DNA of 64,000 nucleotides, taken from contig NC_043009.1 of assembly GCF_006345805.1 (NCBI RefSeq), positions 47,864,001 through 47,928,000 of the forward strand. The letters run 5' to 3'. A program made the translations under genes and the position numbers. Source of the DNA: Octopus sinensis. Its lineage: Eukaryota. The notes below the pieces were generated by a model. That model saw nothing but the letters and a program-made list of their open reading frames with translations. It ran no database searches and was not told the DNA's origin. Of the stretch, positions 39,111 to 52,144 are shown in pieces. Each line of letters starts with the position of its first letter. Positions within the stretch are counted from its first letter, which is position 1.

Positions 39111-39930
39111 ATATATATATGTTGTGTGTCTGTATTTGTCCCCCCCCCCATCGCTTGACAACTGATGTTGGTGTGTTTACGTGCCTGTAACTTAGCAGTT
39201 CAGCGAAAGAACCCGATAAAATAAGTACTAGGCTTACAAAAATAAGGTCATTCGATTAAAGGTGGTGCTCCAGTATGGCCACAGTCAAATGACTGAAACA
39301 AGTAAAAGAGTAAAAGAATAAGAAAAAAAGGCCTGTTGAGTGTTTTAAGTACATTCCCATCAACTACCAGTAACCAAGCACCTGGAAATAAAAACATATA
39401 CATACACATACATATACTCTTTACTCTCTTTTACTCTTTTACTTGTTTCAGTCATTTGACTGCGGCCATGCTGGAGCACCGCCTTTAGTCGAGCAAATCG
39501 ACCCCGAGACTTATTCTTTGTAATCGGTCTCTTTTGCCGAACCGCTAAGTGACGGGGACGTAAACACACCAGCATCGGTTGTCAAGCAATGCTAGGGGGA
39601 CAAACACACATACATATATATATATATACATACATATATACGACAGGCTTCTTTGAGTTTCCGTCTACCAAATCCACTCACAAGGCATTGGTCGGCCCGG
39701 GGCTATAGCAGAAGACACTTGCCCAAGATGCCACGCAGTGGGACTGAACCCGGAACCATGTGGTTGGTTAGAAAGCTACTTACCACACAGCCACTCCTGC
39801 GCCTATATATATGCATACACACACACACACACACACATACGTGTGCATTTGTGTGTGTGTGTGGCAGATGAGTGAAGTTCCTTGATTAAGTATTCATTGT
39901 CACTATCTAGGTTTGATCTGTTTTGCTTAC

Positions 39931-39975
39931 CATTCTGTTATATTGGTAGAGTGTTCTGATGGGGGAAAAGGGTAG
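39931..39975 (-). CDS. 45-nt exon C of the unidentified host gene ((N)YPFPPSEHSTNITE(C/W))
   Basis: aaacattttcag|CTACC...AATG|gtaagc. Offset 1 is open and compatible with exon B; frame 0 is also open. Confidence 0.6.
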
Positions 39976-40144
39976 CTGAAAATGTTTGTTCCAGGGTGAT
40001 ACTGCCTGATAGCTTTAGCATGTCAAGATATGAAGCACACACATCTTTCTATCTATGTAAATGCATATACTCATACATATGTTTATATACACATGTGTAC
40101 ATATGTATATTAGTATAAACATACACACATATATATATATTTAT

Positions 40145-40194
<50 letters not shown>

Positions 40195-40293
40195 GACATG
40201 TGTGTATGTGTGTGTGTATATATATATACACATATATACATATATATATACACACACACATATATATATATATATACACATATATACATATAT

Positions 40294-40324
<31 letters not shown>

Positions 40325-40355
40325 CACATATATACATATACACACACACACACAC

Positions 40356-40412
<57 letters not shown>

Positions 40413-40650
40413 CACACACACACATATATACATACATACAAGAATAAAGTATGGAGACCTGTACAATTACAAAATTCATTCTTTAGTTATATACAGCATA
40501 TTATAATGATTTACATGTGTTTCCGCTACAGCAACCACTCATTGTTGCAAATGCAACCGGATGATGTATCCCTCTAAACTCACTTTTACACACACACAAA
40601 CACACACACACATGTGTATGCATGTTTTTGTGTGTATGTGTGTATGTATG

Positions 40651-40687
<37 letters not shown>

Positions 40688-41191
40688 CTTGTTTTATTTA
40701 TATTCCTGAGCGCCATACTAATACAACTGTTTGTTTGTATTCCACCTGCCTTCGTCTTTTGTTTATTTTCATAAAGCTTCCCGTTATATATATATATATA
40801 TACATATATATATGTATGTATGTATGTACGTACATACATACAAGGGGGACTTAAAGTATTAAGGGCCCTCAGGCATAACTGTTTTAGTAGAGTTAATATG
40901 TAGAGAGCTCGAGGCCCTCGGACAGTGCCCGATTGACCAACAGCTCAGTCCATCCCAGCATACATATATGTATATCTTTTAATCTTTTTACTTCTTTCAA
41001 TTATCGGACTGCGGTCATGCTGGGGCACAGCCTTGAAGAACTTTAGCCAAACGAATCGACCCCAATACTTATTTTTTAAAAGCCTGGTACTTATTCTATC
41101 GTTCCATTTTGCTGAACTGTTAGCTTACGCAGTGGTAACCACAGCTGCACAGGTTGTCAAGACACACATACACCCACACCCAGAAATATAC

Positions 41192-41239
<48 letters not shown>

Positions 41240-41317
41240 TCCCAAAAAACAAAAGACGAAGACAGGTGTGTAAACAACAAACAGATGTATTACTTTAATG
41301 CTCGGGAAGTGAGAAAG

Positions 41318-41355
41318 TCTTTTACATTTCGAGCCTACGCTCTTCTACAGAAAGA
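41318..41355 (-). ncRNA. Minimal Penelope-type hammerhead-like motif (variant core)
   Basis: TCTTT-CTGTAGA-A-GAGC-GTAG-GCTC-GAAAT-GTA-AAAGA: 5-bp stem I, 4-bp stem II, loopless stem III and GUA cleavage triplet. It carries U6 and C-to-T changes. Confidence 0.55.
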
Positions 41356-41406
41356 AACACAGTAATAAACAGGAGAGGAAATAATATATATATATATTAT
41401 ATATAT

Positions 41407-41453
<47 letters not shown>

Positions 41454-41651
41454 GAGGGGCTTGTTTCAATTTCTGTCTACCAAATTCACTCACAAGGCTT
41501 TCGTTGGCCTGAGGTTGTAGTAGAAGACGCTTGCCCAAGGTACCACTCAGTGGGACTGAACCTGGAACCACGTGGTTAGGAAGCAAGCCTCGTAACTTCT
41601 TACCACACAATCAGACATACATACATACATACATACATACGTATAGTTATG

Positions 41652-41776
41652 TGGCGAAGGTAAAGAATACGCACACCACTCGTTTTCGGGATAACCCTAA
41701 CCCTAACTCTAAACCCTACCCCAAACCCTAAACCTTAACCGTAAACATCGGTTGTGCTTATTCTTTACCTTCGCCA
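41652..41776. mobile_element. 125-bp MITE with 18-bp perfect TIRs enclosing degenerate telomeric repeats
   Basis: TGGCGAAGGTAAAGAATA (41652-41669) and TATTCTTTACCTTCGCCA (41759-41776), with internal TAACCCTAACCCTAACTCTAAACCCTACCCCAAACCCTAAACC. Confidence 0.85.
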
Positions 41777-42003
41777 TTTATGCATATACACTTATACATA
41801 AATGCGTGTGTGTATGTATGCATGATCGTATCGATGTATGTATGTATATGCATTCATGCCTACATGTGTGTATGTATACGTCTAAAGAAATCGAGCATCG
41901 CATTGGGGAAAACTCCAGAATAAAAGAACCGAATTAGCATAAACAAACTATGTGTGTGTGCGTACGGCTGCGTGTGTATGTGTGTGTGTGTGTGAGTGCA
42001 TGC

Positions 42004-42064
<61 letters not shown>

Positions 42065-42121
42065 GGCATATACACAACTATAAGGTTAAAATATATCAAA
42101 ACAGTAGTAAAATTTCCTTAC

Positions 42122-42177
42122 TTCGTTCTACACACAACGACCTCTGCACGATAAGTGTAATTTCCATTCAAACGAGA
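42122..42177 (-). CDS. 56-nt exon B of the unidentified host gene (SRLNGNYTYRAEVVVCRT)
   Basis: tttttttttagttatgttttgctacag|TCTCG...CGAA|gtaagg. Only frame 0 is open and it matches the phase-0 end of exon A. Confidence 0.7.
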
Positions 42178-43217
42178 CTGTAGCAAAACATAACTAAAAA
42201 AAAACCAATAAACATTCGATTAACCAACTCCATGCCTTACAAACCTTATTGTGTCTACTTAGCAATACACACACACACACACACACACAGGGAGAGGCGG
42301 GAGAGAATTTTATGTTATCCACATGTACAAATATACAGTCGGGCATATAAGCTAATGGAAGGAGACCTCTATATCGTCGTCATTTGACCTGCTAGAAAGA
42401 GTAGCAGCTAAATCGCCTTCAAAATTATATTATCATATTCTGCTGTTATTATGAGGGCGGGGCAGAAGCCGAGTGGTCACAGCTGGAACGCTTTTGATTA
42501 TATGAATAATCAATCAGTATCGACTTGGGACAAAACAGCAACAATAATAATATTCACAGTCTGACATAAAATACAGCTGAGAGAGGAGGGGAGGGAGAGA
42601 GGTAGACAGACACAAAGACAGAGAGAGTGTGAGAGAGAGGCAGAGAGAGACAGACACAAAGACAGAGAGAGTGAGAGAGACAGACACAAAGACAGAAAGA
42701 GAGAGAGAGAGAGAGATTGTGTGTGTGTGTGAACTTATATATGTGAATCAATTTGCGTATGTGTGTAAATGTAAGTGTATGCATGTATGTGTGTACGTGA
42801 GAGAGAAAGAAAGATAAAGACAGAGAGAGAAAGAAAGGGAGAAACAGAAAGACAGACAGACAGACAGACAGAGAAAGAGAGAGTGAGAAAGACAGAGTGG
42901 TGTGTACGTGTGTGTGAACGTATGCAAGTGTGAAAGTATGTGAATCAATTTGTGTATGTGTGCGTATGTAAATGTAACTGTATGCTCGCGTGTGTGTGCG
43001 TGTGAGAGAGAGAGAGAGGGAGAGAGAAGGAGAGAGAGAGAGAAGGAAGGAGAGAGAAGGAAGGAGAGAGAAGGAGAGAGAGAGATGCGCGAAGGAGTGT
43101 GATATATGATTTTAATAAATCTCACTTATAACAGCAAAAAACGAAATCTGGATAAATAAAGGAAAGAAGAGGAAAAAGGAAGGACGGAGAAAGGAAGACA
43201 CACACACACACACACAT

Positions 43218-43283
<66 letters not shown>

Positions 43284-43659
43284 CTATAACTGACACTCCG
43301 TCGGTTAAAACAACGACGAGCAATCCAGTTGATCCGATCAATGGGACAGTCTACTCGTGAAATTATCGAACGAGTAGTGGCCGGGGCGCACTCCACCGAC
43401 ACGCGTAAAAGCCTTAATGTAGTTCCCTCCCGGGGAGATTCGGTGTGTGACACGGAATGTGACAAGCATGGGCCCCTTTTGGAATTACAGGTGGCACTCG
43501 TTATTGACAGCCGAGTGAGTGAACTGAAACAAAAACATAAAATAAAACGTCTTGTTTTTAAGGGGACACCGCGCTGTGGGGGTGGGTGGGAATCGACCTC
43601 ACGACCTTACGCGATCGTGAGCTGAATACCCTGAACACTTGGCCACAGACACTCGTATT

Positions 43660-44098
43660 GACATACATACGTACATGCATACATGCATACATACATGCAT
43701 ACATACATACATGCATACATACATACATACATACACACAAGCATACATACATACATACACACATACATACATACATACATGCATACATACATACATACAC
43801 ACATACATACATACATACATACATACATACATACATACATACATAATACAAACATACATACATAATATACATACATACAAACATACACACATACATACAC
43901 ACATACATACATACATACACACATACATACATACATACATACATACATACACACACACATACATACATACATACATAATATACATACATACATACATACA
44001 TACATACATACACACACATACATACATACATACATACATACATACATACATACATACATACACACATACACACATACATACATACATACATACATACA

Positions 44099-44132
<34 letters not shown>

Positions 44133-44147
44133 CATACATACATACAT
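43660..44147. repeat. (CATA)n microsatellite
   Basis: Read directly. Further (CATA)n at 46570-46860, (TATG)n at 47070-47520 and (TATATATACA)n at 45770-46160. Confidence 0.97.
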
Positions 44148-44459
44148 GGAAGGAAACGGCCGAAGTAAAAACTAGAAAATAGACAGAGAATGAGAAAGAA
44201 ACAAGAAATGAGAAAGGAAAAGGTTAAGAGATAGAAAGAGAAAAATAGATTATAAGAGACACAGAAAGAAGTATAAGGGGGGAGGGGCAAGAGAGGGAAA
44301 AAGAGTCGCAGCATAGGCGAGAGAGAGAGAGCGAGAGAGAGAGAGAGAGCGCGAGAGAGAGAGAGAGGCATTCGCATATGAGACAGTAAGATACAGAATG
44401 ACCGTTGTACAATGAAATATATGGATAGAGAGAGAGAGAGAGACAGACAGACAGATAGA

Positions 44460-44621
44460 GGAAGAAGATGATGATGGTGATGAGGAGGAGGAGGATGACG
44501 ACGACGACAATGACAGGGACGGTCCGTGTGTGGGGTGGGGTGGTGATGACGACGACGGCGACGACAATGACGATTATGGTATAATGACGAGGTTGAAAAT
44601 GACAATGATGGAGCGATGATG

Positions 44622-44677
<56 letters not shown>

Positions 44678-44880
44678 GATGATGGTGATGATGGTGATGA
44701 TGATGATGATGGTGATGATGGTGATGATGATGATAATGATGATGATGATGATGATGGTGATGATGAAGATGATGATGATGATGATGATGGTGATGATGAT
44801 GGTGATGAAGATGATGATGATGATGATCATCATCATCATCACTATCATCATAGCCATCATCATCGATATCGTCTTCATCA
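44460..44880. repeat. (GAT/GAC/GGT)n compound microsatellite switching to (CAT)n
   Basis: Read directly from the sequence. Confidence 0.95.
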
Positions 44881-45049
44881 TCGTCATAAGAACTTCTGTT
44901 TCAGAATGAAGACGTAGATGTGGATTTCCGAATGACTGAAGGTGACAGAAGAAAGAAGAATGATAGCAAGAACGAATAAATAAAAAGACTGAATGACGAG
45001 AGAGAAAAAAAAAAGAGAGAAAAAAAAAGAGAGAGAGAGAAAAAAAAAA

Positions 45050-45155
45050 CCATTGACGTTTGCGCGCGTAAGCGTATAAGCGTGTGCGCGCGCATGAGTG
45101 CGGCTATGCGCGTGTTGTGGTTTGTGTATTTGCAATTGTGCGTATAAATAATGAT
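45050..45155 (+). promoter_or_regulatory. CpG cluster with TGACGT, GCGCGCGCATG and TATAAAT motifs (possible promoter/enhancer)
   Basis: Local CpG enrichment, followed by GA-rich sequence and an AAG|gtcagt donor at 45540/45541. Confidence 0.3.
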
Positions 45156-45346
45156 CTGTTGCACAGAGAGAGAGAGAGAAAGATGGAGAGAGGTGGAGAG
45201 AGAGAGAGAGAGAGAGATGTAGAGAGAGAAGAGAGAAGAGATGAGAGGAGAAGAAAACGTTATAATTCATTTACAAGGAAAAGCAGAAGAGGAGACAGAG
45301 TGGAGCAGCAACAACAGAACGGTGGTGGTGATAGTGGTAGTAGTAT

Positions 45347-45378
<32 letters not shown>

Positions 45379-47339
45379 ACGGTGGTGTCAGCAGCAGTAG
45401 ATGTGATCGTGGTGATGGTGATGGTGATGATGGTGGTGATGGTGGTGGTGGTGGTGGCGGTGATGATAATGTTCATTCATGTTTCAAGCCAAGCAACAAC
45501 AACAACAACAACAACATTAGTAGACATCACCAACATCAAGGTCAGTTAAATGATGTTTTTCTCCATAGGAAAATTCATGAATGGTTTGTGGTCAGATTGA
45601 TTGATTCATCGGGGTTTCAGTAAATTCTCTCAGCTCCCTACACAAACTTGAATAAGGAACAGCTCTGCCGGAATAAACGAACCGCATTCTGTTGTGGTCG
45701 TCCACTCTCCTCCTCTGTCTTACGTATAAATGTGTCAGCGGGTCTGTCATATGAATATAAATATGTGGAGATATATATATACATATATATATACATATAT
45801 ATATACATATATATATACATATATATATACATATATATATACATATATATATACATATATATATACATATATATATACATATATACATAATATATATACA
45901 TATATATATACATATATATATACATATATATATATATACATATAATATACATATATATACATATATATATACATATATATATACATATATATACATATAT
46001 ACATATATATATACTATATATATACATATATACATATATATATACATATATATACATATATATATACATATATATATACATATATACATATATATATACA
46101 TATATATATACATATATATATACATATATATATACATATATACATATATATATATATACATTATTGGTGTAAAGACACTCCCAAGACAACCACACACGCG
46201 CACACATGCACACACACACACAATCTTTTGCGCGTTACCGTCATTAGACTGCGGCCATGCTAGAGCACCGTCTTGAACGGTTTTAAGTTAAATAAATCGA
46301 CCCTAGAATGTATCTTTTGTTGTTGTTTTTTGTTTGTTTTTTTTTTTTAACTCTAGCACTTACAAAATTTCTCTTTTTTTGCCGAACGGCTAAGTAACGG
46401 GGATGTAAACAAACCAGTGCTGTCGAGCGAAGGTAGGGATATGAAACAGACACACACACACACACAATCATTTTACATGCATTTACTCATACATACATTT
46501 ATGCATCCGTCCAACCGTCCGTCCGTCCGTCCATCCATACATACATTTATGCACCCGTCCATGCAAACGTACATACATACATACATACATACATACATAC
46601 ATACATACATACATACGTACATAATACATACATACATAATACATACATACATACATACATACATACGTACATAATACATACATACATAATACATACATAC
46701 ATACATAATACATACATACATACATACATACATACGTACATAATACATACATACATAATACATACATACATACATACTACATACATACATACATACATAC
46801 ATACATACGTACATAATACATACATACATAATACATACATACATACATACATACATACATAATGTTTAGTGTTGAGTGTCGGACGAAAGAGCACTTGATA
46901 CCACGGAAGAATTTCGCCTGTGAGTACACAGGATCTTCTGGGCTTCCACGCAATTTCCTTCTACCAAATTCACTCACAGTGCATTATGAACATGTAGCTG
47001 GGCTTGTATGTGTGTGTATACATTTGCCTCAATGTGCAGAGGTATATGTTTCGTGAACACATATCAATGCACGTATGTATGTATGTGTGCATGTATGTAT
47101 GTATGTATGTATGTATGTATGTATGTATGTATGCATGTATGTATGTATGTATGCTTGTATGTATGTATGTATGTATGTATGTATGTATGCATGTATGTAA
47201 ATGTATGTATGTATGTATGTATGTATGTATGTATGTATGTATGCATGTATGTATGTATGTATGCATGTATGTATGTATGTATGTATGTATGTATGTATGT
47301 ATGCATGTATGTATGTATGTATGCATGTATGTATGTATG

Positions 47340-47372
<33 letters not shown>

Positions 47373-48619
47373 GTATGTATGTATGTAAATGTATGTATGT
47401 ATGTATGTATGTATGTATGCATGTATGTAAATGTATGTATGTATGTATGTATGCATGTATGTATGCATGTATGTAAATGTATGTATGTATGTATGCATGT
47501 ATTGTATTGTATTGTATTGTATGTATGGATGTATCTTCGTCTTCACTTAATGTCCGTTTTCCATGCTGACGTGGGTTGCACAGTTTGACAGGATCTGGCA
47601 AGCTGGAGGGCAGGACCAAGTCCCATCGTAAGGTTTGCCCTGGTTTCTATGACTGGATGCCCTTCCTAACACACGCACGCGCGCACACACAGAGATATGT
47701 ATGTATGTATGTATGTATGTATGTCAAGTAAATATAACTACGTACGTGTTTACGTATGTATGCATAAATATATATAAACATGTATATATGTTTATGTATG
47801 CCTGCGTATGTATGTACGTAGCTTTAATATCTGCATCGATGTCTGTATGTTGTATATGTCGACTTTGCCTTTCATCCTTTCGGGGTCGATAAATTAAGTA
47901 CCAGTTACGCACTGGGGTCGACGTAATCCGTTTGTCTGTCCTTATTTGTCCCCTCTGCGTGTAGCCCCTTGTGGGTAGTAAAGAAATATATATATAGATG
48001 AATACGTAAGATGTGTGTGTCTGTGGATATTTATAATGTGTATATATATATATATATCTTTGTGATTATGCATGTAGAGATGTATTTGTCTGCATTTGCA
48101 AGTATTGTCTGTAGATATGTGTATGCATCTGTACAAATGCAATTAACTGTGCGTTTGTGTGTGTGTATGTGTAATATATATAATATATATTTTATACGTT
48201 TTTATGTGTGTGTGTGTGTACATTTACTGCAATATATATATATATTTATATTGTGTATATGTAGTGGTGCTATGTGTACATATATAATAATCATACACAC
48301 ACGTACGTATAGAGAGACAGAGAAACACATAGAAAGATGGACATATACGTATTTGAGTACACGCATCGTATTTGTATTCGCGTTACGTGAGTGAGCAATA
48401 TACATATCTATATTCATTATGTACACACACATATATACACACACGTGTGTTGCTGTGTGTATAACACAATCGCAAATATGCATATATCTGTACGCATGAA
48501 TGTATGAATAAATATAAAATTTGCACACAGTAACAATATATACACACACAACAGGTGCTTGCATACACAATACCAATGCATATACGTACATTGATACACA
48601 CAAACACACACACATCTAG

Positions 48620-48653
<34 letters not shown>

Positions 48654-48934
48654 TATATACACATACATATTATATGCATGTATGTGTCAGTGTATGCATG
48701 CATGCACTGGTGTTGTATGTATACATGTTTGTGTGTGTGTAAGCATTTTGGGTGGTGTATGTAAGAAGAAAAAAAAACCTGTTGCGTGTACGTCTATATA
48801 TCTATATATATTCATGTTATGTGCAAATGTATAGATTTATTTTGAGAATGTATATATTACAACACATACATAATATATATATATACAATGTATATTTGTA
48901 TGTATGCATCTGTGCTGGGTCTATGTATGTATTT

Positions 48935-48981
<47 letters not shown>

Positions 48982-49875
48982 TATCTATGTGTGTATATAT
49001 ATGCTGTGTGTATGTATACACTGTATGTATGTTTGTAGATTGTAAGTATATGTATTGCTTTACATGCATGAATTAGTGCTTTGTGTATATATTATATATA
49101 TTTGTATTATGTGTGCATGTGTGTTTGTGTATGTGTGTGTATTTATTACATGTCTATATATTTGTTTTCAGTATGAATGTACTAGATTCTGTGAGTGAAT
49201 ATATTTGTATTGTGTACATATTTGTGGTGACTGTATATACATATATATATATATATATATTATTATTATATGTAGAAAAATACAAACTGGGACAAGAACG
49301 TAAAATATATATATATTTGTATTGAGTGTGAATGTATTTTATGTCTGTGAATATATTTGTGTTTATATATTTGTTGTGTGCCAATGTATATATTCGTGTC
49401 ATGTGTGTATATGTACATGCCTGTTGTGTGTGTGTGTGTGTGTGTTTGTGTAAATGTATGTATGCCTAGTGTGTGTGATGTGTATGCTTATGATTTTGTG
49501 TGTATAGTAAATATATATTTTTCGGATTATGAATATATATCTGTCAGCTTGAGAAGAACAGAAACGTGTAGATGTAAAAAAAGAATATTTTGTTTCTTTC
49601 TTCATTAATACCAGACACAACCATCAGCACCATCACCACAACTATGACAACCACCACCACCACCATCAACACAAACCCCCCAACCATGTCTGCCATAGTA
49701 CCCTTGCTGAATTTAAAAAGAAGGCAAAAAAAAAAATAACAACAACAAAAGGTGGAAAAGGGAAATCAAGGTCAGTTTGTTGGAATTCTCGGCACGGCAC
49801 GGGTGGGGTGGGGGGGTGAGAATGGTAAGAATATGTTTGTTGAAGAAAGAGGGAATAAGAAAAAAAGAGACTCAC

Positions 49876-49965
49876 CGTAGCGTACAGTAAATCCGACAGC
49901 AGACTACCTAAAGCAGTTTTAAGCTCAGAAATATTTGATACAGCTCGCAGACTCTCATGAAGTTC
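49876..49965 (-). CDS. 90-nt exon A of the unidentified host gene (ELHESLRAVSNISELKTALGSLLSDLLYAT)
   Basis: tttcctcttgtttttcag|GAA...ACG|gtgagt. Only frame 0 is open, there is an in-frame stop just upstream of the acceptor, and the composition is non-repetitive. Confidence 0.8.
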
Positions 49966-50742
49966 CTGAAAAACAAGAGGAAAGCTGCTATTTCACGGAA
50001 ACACGTGATTATGTTGCATCCCAAACCAGCTTGTAGCTCTGAGGTTGCCATCGATCACATCCTCTGTCTCTTCTCTAGCAGTTCATTATTATTTACAAGC
50101 TAAAGCCAGCAGATGCCAACGTTGTTGTAGCAGAACATACATTGCTAGTGTGACACAGGAATAAAAACAAATATATACCTTTTTTTTTTTTATTATTTCT
50201 GTTCTTACTCTTTTATATTGCTGTTTTTTTTTTTTTTAATTACAACATTGTTGTTATTTTTTTTTTTTAACCTTTAAGTAAAGTAATTGCTTGGGTACAA
50301 AAAAAAAAGTCAAACAATAAATATTAAGATTATCAAAATGAAATAATATAAAATAAATGAGAAAAACCTAAAGAAAATCTAATGATATTTTAAGTTACAG
50401 AGAAGCAAGAAAACTATTTTTGATGACAATAAATAAACAGGTAAAATTTAATCACCACCGTCGAATATTAACACAGAACTGGAAGAAATAGGATATACAT
50501 TTTTTAATAACTTGTTTTCCTTTTTTTTGTTGTATTTTTCTTTTTCCTGTAGAGCTATGTTGATATGGATAAAATAATATAAACAAATAAATAACATTTT
50601 TTAATAATAATAATTATAATAATAATTATAATAATAATAATAATAATAATAAATTCTTGTTTTATTGGCCACAAGGGCTAACATAAATCAAAAAATATGT
50701 AAGGACAAACACAGGACGAAAAGTACAAAGGGTTTTGCGAAA

Positions 50743-50783
<41 letters not shown>

Positions 50784-50829
50784 TAACAATAATAATAATA
50801 ATAATAATGATAATAATAACAATAATAAT

Positions 50830-51238
50830 AATAATGGTTTCACATTTTGGCACAAGGCCAGCAGTTTCAGGGGCAGGGAGAAAGCCGATTACATTAACCC
50901 CCAGTGCTCAACAAGTAATTTCAATCACACTGAAAGGAGGGAAAGCTAAGTTGACCTCGGTAACATTTGAACTCAGAATGTAGTAAAGACAGACAAAATG
51001 CCGCTAAGCATTTCACCTGGTGTGCTAAGAATTCTACCAGACTGAAATTGTGGAGCAGGAGGGGCGTCAGGGTTAGTTGATTATATCAACTAACCCAGTG
51101 CTCAACCGGTACTTATCTTATTGACCCCTGAAAGCCTGGAAGGCATAGCTGACCTCAACAGCATTTGAACATGAAGATGAATGAAATGTCACTAAGCATA
51201 TTGTCTGTTGTGCTAATAAAATCTGCCAGCTTGCCACC

Positions 51239-51281
<43 letters not shown>

Positions 51282-51558
51282 TAATAATAATAATATAATA
51301 ATAACAATAATAATAATAATAATAATAATCTTTTCTACTCTGGGCACAAGGTTTGAAATTTTTGGGTATGGGGGGGGGCAGTCGATTAGCTCGACACCAG
51401 TATGAAACTGGTACTAATTTATCAACCCAGAAAGAATGAAAGGCGAAGTTGACTTGGCAGAATTTGAACTCAGAACAAAAAGACAGACAAAATACTGCTA
51501 AGTATTTCACCTAGCGTGCTAACGTTTCTGCCAGCTTGCCACCTTAATTATAATAATA

Positions 51559-51590
<32 letters not shown>

Positions 51591-51599
51591 ATGATGATG

Positions 51600-51632
<33 letters not shown>

Positions 51633-52086
51633 TTAATAATGATCTCAAATTTTGGCACAAGACCGGCAGTTTCAGGGAAAGGGTAAGTCGATTACATTGA
51701 CCCCAGTGTTCAACTGATACTAATTTTATCGACCCCAAATGGATGAAAGGCAAAGTCAGCCCTAGTTGAACTCAGAACATAAAGACAAAAAATACTGCTA
51801 AGCATTTTGACCGGCATGCTAACGATTCTGCCAAAATTGCCACTTTTATAATAATAAAAATAATCCTTTCTACTAAAGGCACAAGGCCTGAAATTTTGGG
51901 GTGGGGGTCTACTCAATTATATCAACCCCAGTACATAACTAGTACTTATTTCATTGACCCCCGAAAAGATGAAAAGCAAAGTCGACCTCAGCAGAATTTG
52001 AACTTAGAGTGGTGTGCAGATGGACAAAATGCTAAGCATTTTGGGCTGGCATCCTAACGATTCTGCCAGCTTGTTGCCTTAATAAT

Positions 52087-52144
<58 letters not shown>

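Larger units (their letters stand above)
36667..39320 (+). mobile_element. CORE SINE split at its (TA)n tract by RTE insertions
   Basis: The SINE 5' half spans 36667-36830 and the 3' half resumes at 39111 (GTTGTGTGTCTGTATTTGTCCCCCC..). Confidence 0.85.

Noticed and set aside
41690-41745. Interstitial telomere or chromosome-fusion scar
   Set aside because: It is short, degenerate and enclosed by TIRs, so a MITE explains it better.
45724-45750. Alternative first exon MTDPLTHLY|gtaaga
   Set aside because: The phase fits exon B, but upstream is pure (TA)n with no promoter features, so chance is likely.
43558-47619. Long ORFs of 150-426 aa (MYVC, HTYI, poly-I/M types)
   Set aside because: They are stop-free readings of (CATA)n, (TA)n and (GAT)n microsatellites and contain no domain content.
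49876-49965. Assigning the symbol PDE2A to the host gene
   Set aside because: The resemblance is from memory and limited to one helical exon, and the downstream exons and glycosylation sequons do not fit. Left unnamed.
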